A stretch of DNA of 31,595 nt from an uncultured virus (IMG/VR IMGVR_UViG_3300028888_000089) (Duplodnaviria; Heunggongvirae; Uroviricota; Caudoviricetes), in the IMG/VR virus record IMGVR_UViG_3300028888_000089; one strand, given 5' to 3'. Made by a program: the position numbers and the translations under genes. This document shows positions 11,301 through 18,229 of the stretch, piece after piece. Numbering within the stretch: the stretch's first letter is position 1; every line of letters begins with the position of its first letter. The notes below the pieces were generated by a model. It had not been told where the DNA came from. It made no database searches and saw nothing but the letters and a program-made list of their open reading frames with translations.

Positions 11301-14300
11301 TGCTTCTAATAATAAGAATATTGCACCGGCAACGATAATAAGTTGGCCCATGCCTGTTCTTTTCATACTTGCGGAATCATTAGTGAAAGCGGTTAAAGTC
11401 AACATCAAAAGAACTAAACCGGCACCCATTTTTGCAAGTTGTCCCCATTCATAATTAGCTAATGGTTTCAATGCTTCTAATAGAATCCATATAGACCCAG
11501 CTAATAAAATTAACTGGAACATTCCGGCTCCCTTAATAAAGGAGACTTTCTTAGTGAAAGCAACGAGCATTGCTAATATAACAAATAAGCTTGCACCCAT
11601 TTTGCCAAGCTGCCCCCATTCGAGATCAGCAAGGGACTTTAATGAGAATACAAGAATTGCTACAGCTACAGATAGCAGCACAATACTCATTACGCCCTTA
11701 ACTTTTATGCCTTTCTCTTCTTGTTGGACAACTCTTGCAAATATAACAAGTATCAACAAGATTCCAGATAAAGCCGTGAGCATCTTGATAACGCCCTCTG
11801 GCTTCATCTCTGCAACAGGCTTTAACGCAAGTAATAATATTGCAACGCCTATTGAGATAGCTATAACAGCGAATCCTAAAGCGGCAAGCACGCCGATAAT
11901 AGTCATTGTTTGCTTGAAATCAGCAGCTATCTTCTTTAATATCGCCATGAAGCCTAATATCACACCTAATATAACCGTAAATGCGATCATACCTTGGACT
12001 AGATTCTTTAAAGGAATTAGACCTAAAACGGCTATTGATGCCGCTATAAGGGCAATGGCTTTAGCAATCTTTAATAATTTATCTCCGAATGTTTCTGTTT
12101 CATTATCCATTTTGATGTGGAGACCATTTTTCACAGTATCAGATAAATTTGTAAAGAAGCCCTGAACCGTGCCAAGCAACCCAGATCCAGATTTAAAAAG
12201 CTTAATGAGCTTAAATAAAGCAAATAAGCCCATAAAATTCTGAATTAAGAAAAATACATTTGTGCTCTTGAATAAGCCAATTAATCCGCCAATAAATTTA
12301 CCAAGAACACCAAGACCTAAAGCCTCTTTAATAAGAGTGAATAAATTAGCATTCGTCGTGCTTTCCTTGAAATCTTTAGCAAAATCATTAAACCATGTTT
12401 TCAACTTATCGAAGAAAGACCCAACAGCTCCTTTAACTGGCTTACCATCTTTATCAAGGACCTGTTTTGTATCTTTGCTCCCGAAGCTAAAGATTCCCAT
12501 AACTTTAGCTTTTATTTTCTCCCAAATTTCTTTTAATTTAGCACTAATTTTACTAGATATATTAGTAAATGCTTCTTTAACTCCATCTGGAAGTTTGTCG
12601 TATAATTGTCCGAATATAGTTTTAAATCGACGTCCTAATTGCTTAATGCTACTTTTGCTAAAGCCGGATTTAAACACATTTTTTATATCGTCAATCAGCG
12701 GATCTATTACTGCTTTAATCTTAGTCCAAATATTTGAAACGAATGTTTTTATATTAGTATAGATTGACTTAATAGCCTCTTTAACTCCGCCTGGAATCTT
12801 CTTTTTGAAGTCTCCAAAAAGCGCTCCGACTTTATCAGAAAGATCTTTAATGCTCTCTTTACTGAATCCGCTGGTAAAGACTTTTTTTATCGCCTGAAAA
12901 ATGCCTTTAACCTGACCTGTGAAATTCGGAGTAAAGCTAAATATACTATTTATCATTTGCTCAAAACCGGTTTTAATATGCATAGCAAATGTTTCAAAAC
13001 TAATTTGACCAGTAACTAAACGCTTAAATGCATTTGTAATTCTGGTTAAAAAGTTCACAATTGGCGTCGCTATCTTAGCAACAAAATTAAAAACTTTAGC
13101 TAAAACATTAGCCAATTGCTGCCAAAGACTTATAGTTGTGCTCTGTCCAGAATTTGCTCCTGTTATTGTTAATATAAGCCTTTTAAATGCACCAGAAAAT
13201 GACTTTATAGCATCTATTAAGCCGGAGTCTATAAGTATCTTTGATATGTCATCAAAGAATTTCTTTAGCCCTTCTCCACGATTTGCCGCTTTTCCGGTTT
13301 TTGTAAGCTCGTCACCAAACGACTTAAATATTTCTATAATGTCATCAATAACGGGACCTAGCATATCTGGACCGAATATCTTTAGAATGAAGCCAACGAT
13401 ATCTTTAAATATACTATATACTATTGCAAAAATGGAAAATACACCAGTTATCGTGTCGGTTATCATTTGGAATCGTGATTTTGTCTGTCCCTCTGGAACA
13501 GCATTAAGGAAATCTTTGATTCCTTGTATGAAACCTTTTACTTTTTCTATGGCCTTTTTAAATTCATTTCCTAAATACTGAACTCTATATGCTTCATTAT
13601 CCATCCATTTTTCATTACTTAAAGAATCAAGTTTTGGATCCATGATCTTAAGTAATGTCCAGAAAGCATCGCCTATCATCTTACCGATGTCATCAATAAC
13701 ATCTAAAATACCATAGGCTCCCTCATACATGCCATCATATTCACCGACGAACATACTCCACAGAGAATCACGTCCGCCAATTTTTGCCCAATAGCTGAGT
13801 ATACCATCTACATGCTGAGTTGTCCCGTCTTCTAGATCTTCTTCTCCGCCAACAAGCAACTTAATAAATTCAGAGAAATGGTCGCCAACTTTGTTACAAA
13901 TAGTGGAAAATAATTCCATCGACTCGGAAAGATCGCCAAATATAAGTTGCCATGCTCTCATCCAGCCAGTTGATAACTGGTCACGCCAGGCATTGAACAC
14001 ATCAGACAATGTAGTACACTTTTGAGCAGCTGCATAAGAAGCATCAGCAAGATTTTCTATAAGGCCAATCTGCTGAGCAACCGATTTATCAAACCAGCCA
14101 ACTTCTAATGTAGATGCAATGTTGTCAAGTGTTACCTCAATTTCTTTGCCATAAACTTTGTTTGTCTTATAGATAGCCTTCCCGCTCTTGTCGACTGTTT
14201 TAACAAGAGTCCCCATTTTGACAGCTGCATCAATAGCTGCCTGCTTTAATTCTGTTGTGGCGAGATTTTGAGTTTCAAGATAACTAAAGTCATCCTTGTT

Positions 14301-15284
14301 TAAACTAAAGTCTTCAAATTTCTTTTGAATGGCTTTTTGTTGATCTTCTGTTAAATCTACAACCGGTTTAATAACAGCATCGGGATCAAGATCATTTCGA
14401 TAATAACCCTCAAGGGTCTTACCTAATGTGTTTTTATCTGCCCACTTTTTATTAAGGGTTTCAGCAAGATTCGAATATGTAACTTCTGTTTGTTTACCAA
14501 ATTTCTTTGCGGTTTTAACTACTGTTTTACCATTTCTATCGGTTGAAACAACAAGGTTCCCTGTCTGAATACCAGCCTGAATAAGTTGTTCTTTGAACTC
14601 CTTTGTCGCCATGCCAGCATTTTCAATAGACTTCCAGTCGATCTTCTGTAAAGAGCCAACGCCCATGGCCTGACTTAAATTGTACATCGCTCGTGATGCT
14701 TCATTTATGCCAGCGCCAGAACGAGCTGCCCAGTTAGCTATACCCTCCATCTGCTTTTCAGCTTGTTCGAGGGGTATACCAACAGAAGTAAATTTACCTA
14801 TGTTAGCAGCCATCTCCGTGAAATTATAACTTGTCTGGTCTGTATATCTATTTAATCTTTCCAAATTACTATATACATCTTCTTGTGAACGACCAGTTGC
14901 TGCCATAATTGTCTGAACATTTTTGTTCATCTGGCCATATTTATCCAGACCTTGCGTTATTTGTTCAAAACCTAAAGAATCTACAAATCTTCCTATCTTA
15001 TTAGCTGTAGATTCTATTCCATATCTAATTTTGCTTAAAATATATTCACTTACGGTTCCGAGACCTGTAAACTTGTCAGTAAGTTTTTGGACGTTGTTCA
15101 CTAAATTGTCGAAAGTCAAAGCTTTTGTTGCTCTTGCAAAGTCAGAAAGGCTTCTTTCACATTTATTGAAATCCAAATTTTCTTTAAATTTGGACAATGA
15201 CTTATCACTCGTCTTAATGTTTCTTTCGAAATCTCTATTATCGAATTGCATTTGGATAACACGAGTGTCAACGGCATTTGGCAT
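8331..15284 (-). CDS. Tape measure protein (2317 aa)
   Basis: Very long helical ORF; N-terminal tape-measure domain (LNRYTDQTSYNFTEMAANIGKFTSVG...ASRAMYNLSQAM); central hydrophobic ~40-aa repeats; canonical position. Confidence 0.95.
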   Translation of the reverse strand: MPNAVDTRVIQMQFDNRDFERNIKTSDKSLSKFKENLDFNKCERSLSDFARATKALTFDNLVNNVQKLTDKFTGLGTVSEYILSKIRYGIESTANKIGRFVDSLGFEQITQGLDKYGQMNKNVQTIMAATGRSQEDVYSNLERLNRYTDQTSYNFTEMAANIGKFTSVGIPLEQAEKQMEGIANWAARSGAGINEASRAMYNLSQAMGVGSLQKIDWKSIENAGMATKEFKEQLIQAGIQTGNLVVSTDRNGKTVVKTAKKFGKQTEVTYSNLAETLNKKWADKNTLGKTLEGYYRNDLDPDAVIKPVVDLTEDQQKAIQKKFEDFSLNKDDFSYLETQNLATTELKQAAIDAAVKMGTLVKTVDKSGKAIYKTNKVYGKEIEVTLDNIASTLEVGWFDKSVAQQIGLIENLADASYAAAQKCTTLSDVFNAWRDQLSTGWMRAWQLIFGDLSESMELFSTICNKVGDHFSEFIKLLVGGEEDLEDGTTQHVDGILSYWAKIGGRDSLWSMFVGEYDGMYEGAYGILDVIDDIGKMIGDAFWTLLKIMDPKLDSLSNEKWMDNEAYRVQYLGNEFKKAIEKVKGFIQGIKDFLNAVPEGQTKSRFQMITDTITGVFSIFAIVYSIFKDIVGFILKIFGPDMLGPVIDDIIEIFKSFGDELTKTGKAANRGEGLKKFFDDISKILIDSGLIDAIKSFSGAFKRLILTITGANSGQSTTISLWQQLANVLAKVFNFVAKIATPIVNFLTRITNAFKRLVTGQISFETFAMHIKTGFEQMINSIFSFTPNFTGQVKGIFQAIKKVFTSGFSKESIKDLSDKVGALFGDFKKKIPGGVKEAIKSIYTNIKTFVSNIWTKIKAVIDPLIDDIKNVFKSGFSKSSIKQLGRRFKTIFGQLYDKLPDGVKEAFTNISSKISAKLKEIWEKIKAKVMGIFSFGSKDTKQVLDKDGKPVKGAVGSFFDKLKTWFNDFAKDFKESTTNANLFTLIKEALGLGVLGKFIGGLIGLFKSTNVFFLIQNFMGLFALFKLIKLFKSGSGLLGTVQGFFTNLSDTVKNGLHIKMDNETETFGDKLLKIAKAIALIAASIAVLGLIPLKNLVQGMIAFTVILGVILGFMAILKKIAADFKQTMTIIGVLAALGFAVIAISIGVAILLLALKPVAEMKPEGVIKMLTALSGILLILVIFARVVQQEEKGIKVKGVMSIVLLSVAVAILVFSLKSLADLEWGQLGKMGASLFVILAMLVAFTKKVSFIKGAGMFQLILLAGSIWILLEALKPLANYEWGQLAKMGAGLVLLMLTLTAFTNDSASMKRTGMGQLIIVAGAIFLLLEAIKPLANYSWESLGKMGASLVVLLGLIVLFTKTTSGLKIGDIGGVGAISGAIYALVQAALPLANFEWEQLGKMGAGLAAIIAMVIIMTHLIKPAKDVKSGLGSASVMLGLVAVIASFSLLFLVVKDVSWDKIVAACLSIMAVITVYMLLITRLTKIKDMTKAIPMMLMMVALAVVLGAFGLALRSVKNVDPKTILAFAAGLTVLIVGMAAALFILSKVNVATGIVAIGVLVAGIILVMGAIALMIPVVMNAIGSGLESMMAKLALVGGMFADFSRGMGEVSEGELDAAKRKFEKLMDIILITKDAGSYISGINDFETCMLKLGNGVSQFVYSTSDLSDPENNEGLKFIKEILSYKDEFSNFSIGNFNNDVAELGGSLSIFGGSFATEDVEKIQSGIKMIQDLAGQATNLDTLSKLPLDTLKNNIAGLGGALSIYATGATEADGLQEGDVPDIQKAVELMRSVITSLGADGGFELPNIPKDDVLGDFGIDLAALATAMTKFASASQDLGDTSKAIELLDFLGNLKLKLTVASLDPIGAFTGANVTTDALTDFAVNIAVLGIALQKFSDKTKNFSYSQNVKDALTFFADLKTRLTKERLSSVLIFKEAGITSTDVLTEFGNNIGELGEALGKFANNVNFDDEKAEKFSQAINALDRISDIARRLPIIEGVSQWFSGHVQTIGSLAEDIEKVGQGMANFSNALTKDGQSYNSELVESAVGNLLSFSEVISFLSKNLSDDGSTFKVSAVRAAGYIAEFLQAMNTGYSYVNDAGEPVGFDSAVEPLAQMVKEFDDWFDVFDGKDIKNSSAFSAFRDMTEGISALINVDPSLDFGKVGTSISDGIKKGIIGGEDDVKQAVLNLCRSALLAAETDTLDSSPKITPILDLSKISTDAEKLNALLNNPYITMNADGTLAIDPSGVNDYANQAIPTDYTSAIGEVRDGIDNMRSDLRTLAEAMQQMKFVFQTGSVVAAIGPEMDKYLAEQGYYAVRSQIP

Positions 15285-15674
15285 CTATCGAACAACCTCC
15301 TTCCAACTTTCTTCTGCAATTTGATTAAATAAAGGTCTTATTGCTGGGGATGCAAAATCATAGCCTTGGACATAGCTACCATTTTGTAATCCATGCCCAT
15401 AAATTAAAAGAATAGCAATACAAATTCCATCTTCGCTATTGGAATTCGTCCAATATAATGTAACTTTGCCATCCTCTTCACTGATTCCAAAATTCCAACT
15501 TTCGGCTGTCTTTCCGCTATCGGATGGTGTCGCAGCAGATAAAGCCTCTACACCCCATTGCCCATATTTTTCCAATATATTCAAATAATTACGATGCAAA
15601 GCTCTATTGAAGAAACGTTCGGCTTTATTGAAGTTACCTTTGTGCTTTACGCTAATCATAGCCACAACGATCAC
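15285..15674 (-). CDS. HK97 gp10-like neck/tail-completion protein
   Basis: ATPSDSGKTAESW and ILLIYGHG...GSYVQGYDFASPAIRP motifs; the true start may be a few codons downstream. Confidence 0.7.
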   Translation of the reverse strand: MIVVAMISVKHKGNFNKAERFFNRALHRNYLNILEKYGQWGVEALSAATPSDSGKTAESWNFGISEEDGKVTLYWTNSNSEDGICIAILLIYGHGLQNGSYVQGYDFASPAIRPLFNQIAEESWKEVVR

Positions 15675-15680
15675 TCCTTT

Positions 15681-16226
15681 TTAGCCTCTTGTTCCATGCT
15701 TGGCTCTTCGCATAGCATTAATCGATCTATACTGACTCATAACGTCTCTCTTACTCATCTTCTTACCAGGTTGTTCTTTTTCATTGCAAACTCTAATAAG
15801 TGTAAGTAATCTGTTTAAATGCCATTTCTGGCACTCCATTGGAATTTCCAAGCTAATCATCCAATAATATATAATTTCGCTTGTTATAACGCTATTAGAT
15901 GATCCACCTTGTTTTTTCTTGAATGTCGTAGCGGTCATTGAATCTTCAAGATAGGCATTAACCTCTTTAATGTTTTGTATTGAGAGCCCTTGATATAACC
16001 GTGGATCGACATTCTGTGTCAATGTCATGCATCGAATATAATCAATGGTTTCCTCTTTCGTTTTGTTCTTCGAACTCAAAAAAGGTTTTTTCCATTTGCT
16101 CTCCCATTTTGAAATAGAAACGAGGGAATGCTCCAATTGCAGATCTCGACCTTTGATTGTGTTTATTCGGTTATCTTTTTCATCATAATATTCGAATCCT
16201 GGAACTGTTATCGAAAGCATTCCCAT
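15681..16226 (-). CDS. Tail assembly chaperone-like protein (second)
   Basis: Position between the first chaperone and the tape measure; LEHSLVSISKWESKW and WHLNRLLTLIRVC motifs; own RBS (GAGGGG). Confidence 0.6.
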   Translation of the reverse strand: MGMLSITVPGFEYYDEKDNRINTIKGRDLQLEHSLVSISKWESKWKKPFLSSKNKTKEETIDYIRCMTLTQNVDPRLYQGLSIQNIKEVNAYLEDSMTATTFKKKQGGSSNSVITSEIIYYWMISLEIPMECQKWHLNRLLTLIRVCNEKEQPGKKMSKRDVMSQYRSINAMRRAKHGTRG

Positions 16227-16240
16227 CGCCCCTCATATAA

Positions 16241-16696
16241 TTAGTTCTTAGGCAGTGGCGTCAAACCGCCATTTTCCTGCATAAGATTTGCTTTCTCTTT
16301 TTCCATCTGCTCCTTAGCACCTTCTGCAACATCCTTAGGAACAATTCCAACAAGGAATTCATTGAGCTCCTGCTCATTCTGCAGAAGATTAAGGAACAGA
16401 ACATCCCATGCTTCACTGACTTTAAAGTAGCTGCTTAATTTACGACCTTGCGCATCCTCTTTGACAAAGCGGCCGTCTTCTGCTTTTTCACCATAAGAAG
16501 CAAGGATCAGTGTGCTCATCAGATCAAGCAGACGATCTTCATCTTTTTCGACTCGAATCTGCTCAATTAGGTTATTTAATCCGCCAGGAATAGCACGATC
16601 TAATTCGCGGAACTCCATTTTGCTAAGATTAAAATAGTGATCTTTTGTGACCTCATTTCCATCATAATCGAGATAAGTTAAAGTCTTCTTAACCAT
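16241..16696 (-). CDS. Tail assembly chaperone
   Basis: Start corrected to ATG 16696 (MVKKTLTYLDYDG) with AAAGGAG RBS; the ORF-track extension runs through a terminator; follows the major tail gene. Confidence 0.75.
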   Translation of the reverse strand: MVKKTLTYLDYDGNEVTKDHYFNLSKMEFRELDRAIPGGLNNLIEQIRVEKDEDRLLDLMSTLILASYGEKAEDGRFVKEDAQGRKLSSYFKVSEAWDVLFLNLLQNEQELNEFLVGIVPKDVAEGAKEQMEKEKANLMQENGGLTPLPKN

Positions 16697-16721
16697 TTTT
16701 ATTGCTCCTTTCAATTTAACC

Positions 16722-16770
16722 GAAAAAAAATAAAGAAAAGGGACCCAAAGCACAACGCTAAGGGTCCCAG
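16722..16770 (-). terminator. Rho-independent terminator after the major tail gene
   Basis: Minus strand GGGACCCTTAGC-GTTGT-GCTTTGGGTCCC hairpin followed by TTTTCTTTATTTTTTTT. Confidence 0.85.
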
Positions 16771-16784
16771 ATAAATGAGATTAT

Positions 16785-17492
16785 TTAATTACCATCGCCA
16801 TGAGCGTCTTCTTCCTCTTCTTCATCGCCACTGAGGATTTCCATAATCTTCAGAGGAGAAGGCAGATAGGCATCTTCTTCAGCAGTTCCATACAGAGCTG
16901 CTTCGAGCTTTGCCATATTTTCAGGAGAAACCTTAGTGCTATCGATAACCAGACAGCTAGTGGGCTTATGACCAGGAACGTCCACAGGAGTAGAGTCGAA
17001 TTCCCAGCTAAAGGTAATAGCATCGGGGCTATCGTTAATGGTTTCGTAAGCACGCTCAGAAGGAGAGCAAGTGCAGTTATAAACCAGATGCAGTTTATAG
17101 CCATAGTTAGCACCCATAGTATCATTACCCTGCTCTGTACGATAGCACAGACCAAAGGACTCACGAACCTGCTGACCAATGACGATGCCATCTACCAGAG
17201 AAGCCTCACCATTGCAAGATTCGAACTCCGGAGGATAAGTATAAGCTTCGATTGTACCACCAAAGGTTTCAGCAGCACGCATAGAAGCATACTTAATATT
17301 ATCCGCCCACAGGTCGGTCTTATCAGCACCTTCGGGGCTTTCGGTAACACTGGTCAGACCATTCCACGCATAGCCTACCATCTTATCAGAAGAGGCATTC
17401 TCTTTCTTATACAGAACGCCCTTAGAAATACCATTTTCGTATTTCTTTTCACCAGACTGATCCCACTTTAAAGGATAAACAGTATTAGGCAT
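16785..17492 (-). CDS. Major tail (tube) protein
   Basis: LKWDQSGEKKYENGISKGVLY, AWNGLTSVTESPEGA, GGTIEAYTYP, GYKLHLVYN..SPSERAYETINDSPDAITFSWE; strong RBS; followed by a terminator. Confidence 0.9.
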   Translation of the reverse strand: MPNTVYPLKWDQSGEKKYENGISKGVLYKKENASSDKMVGYAWNGLTSVTESPEGADKTDLWADNIKYASMRAAETFGGTIEAYTYPPEFESCNGEASLVDGIVIGQQVRESFGLCYRTEQGNDTMGANYGYKLHLVYNCTCSPSERAYETINDSPDAITFSWEFDSTPVDVPGHKPTSCLVIDSTKVSPENMAKLEAALYGTAEEDAYLPSPLKIMEILSGDEEEEEDAHGDGN

Positions 17493-17513
17493 AATGATGT
17501 ACCTCCTATTGAA

Positions 17514-17849
17514 TTAGTCAAAAATGTAAAAAACATAATGATGTAGATTGTCTGATTCGAATACGCGACCAGGTCTACATGTTTGCATACGAGCAATTGC
17601 TTCCCGAAGTGGAGAGTTCGGATCAGGATCGATCACGGTTAGCTCGTATTGATGATCAATTTTATAAGGATAATTATTTGCTGGATCAGAGGGCATTTCT
17701 GAAAGCTTATAAATAATGCATGGGTACGTTAATCTTACATTGGATGGCGGCTGATAATAGATCTTATCCTTATGACTCTTTTTTGTTGCTAAAGTATACA
17801 CTTCTTGCAATTTATGATGGAGTTCTAGGCGTCGGTCCATTGTAGACAC
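17514..17849 (-). CDS. Tail terminator / tail completion protein
   Basis: IYYQPP...YPCIIY and DNLHHYVF motifs; immediately upstream of the major tail gene. Confidence 0.75.
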   Translation of the reverse strand: MSTMDRRLELHHKLQEVYTLATKKSHKDKIYYQPPSNVRLTYPCIIYKLSEMPSDPANNYPYKIDHQYELTVIDPDPNSPLREAIARMQTCRPGRVFESDNLHHYVFYIFD

Positions 17850-18165
17850 CTCCGATTGTTAATATAATTCTAGGCCGTATAGGCTCAACACTTGTTACTT
17901 TCCAAAGAGTACCTTCGAAATCAACGTACTTTATACTGTGCTTATGACTATTAATATAATCATCGGCTACAATACTAATTTGCACATTTATATGAATATC
18001 ATCGATAATATCAGTCCCCGTATCAGAACGTCGGCTTAATCTTTGGACGTCTCCAAAGTATTCGCGCTCAACAATCGGGGCTTCTTTAACGATTCCTTCA
18101 TTAGAGCCTCGACCCTCTTTTAAATCAGCAGCAAAACCAACAACGCCATAAAATTTACTAGCCAT
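17812..18165 (-). CDS. Head closure (head-tail joining) protein
   Basis: KFYGVVGF, ISIVADDY, IKYVDFEGTLWKVTSVE..RPRIIL beta-rich motifs; first gene after the capsid. Confidence 0.72.
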   Translation of the reverse strand: MASKFYGVVGFAADLKEGRGSNEGIVKEAPIVEREYFGDVQRLSRRSDTGTDIIDDIHINVQISIVADDYINSHKHSIKYVDFEGTLWKVTSVEPIRPRIILTIGGVYNGPTPRTPS

Positions 18166-18180
18166 TATTTTGCCCTCTTA

Positions 18181-18217
18181 ATAAAGAAAAAGAGGGATAG
18201 CCCTTAGACTACCCCTC
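18181..18217 (-). terminator. Rho-independent terminator after the capsid gene
   Basis: Minus strand GAGGGGTAGTC-TAAG-GGCTATCCCTC 11-bp stem (two G-U pairs) followed by TTTTTCTTTAT. Confidence 0.88.
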
Positions 18218-18229
18218 AAATATCTTTAA

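Noticed and set aside
8611..15324. Long plus-strand ORFs (e.g. 10408..11283, 11554..12165, 12262..12762)
   Set aside because: Antisense shadows of the tape measure gene caused by codon bias; no RBS or recognisable motifs.
16200..16300. Programmed frameshift between the tail chaperones
   Set aside because: No X XXY YYZ slippery heptamer seen near the end of 16241..16696, and the downstream gene has its own RBS and ATG.
16697..16753. N-terminal hydrophobic extension MLWVPFLYFF on the chaperone
   Set aside because: It is the translation of the terminator hairpin and U-tract; the real start is 16696.
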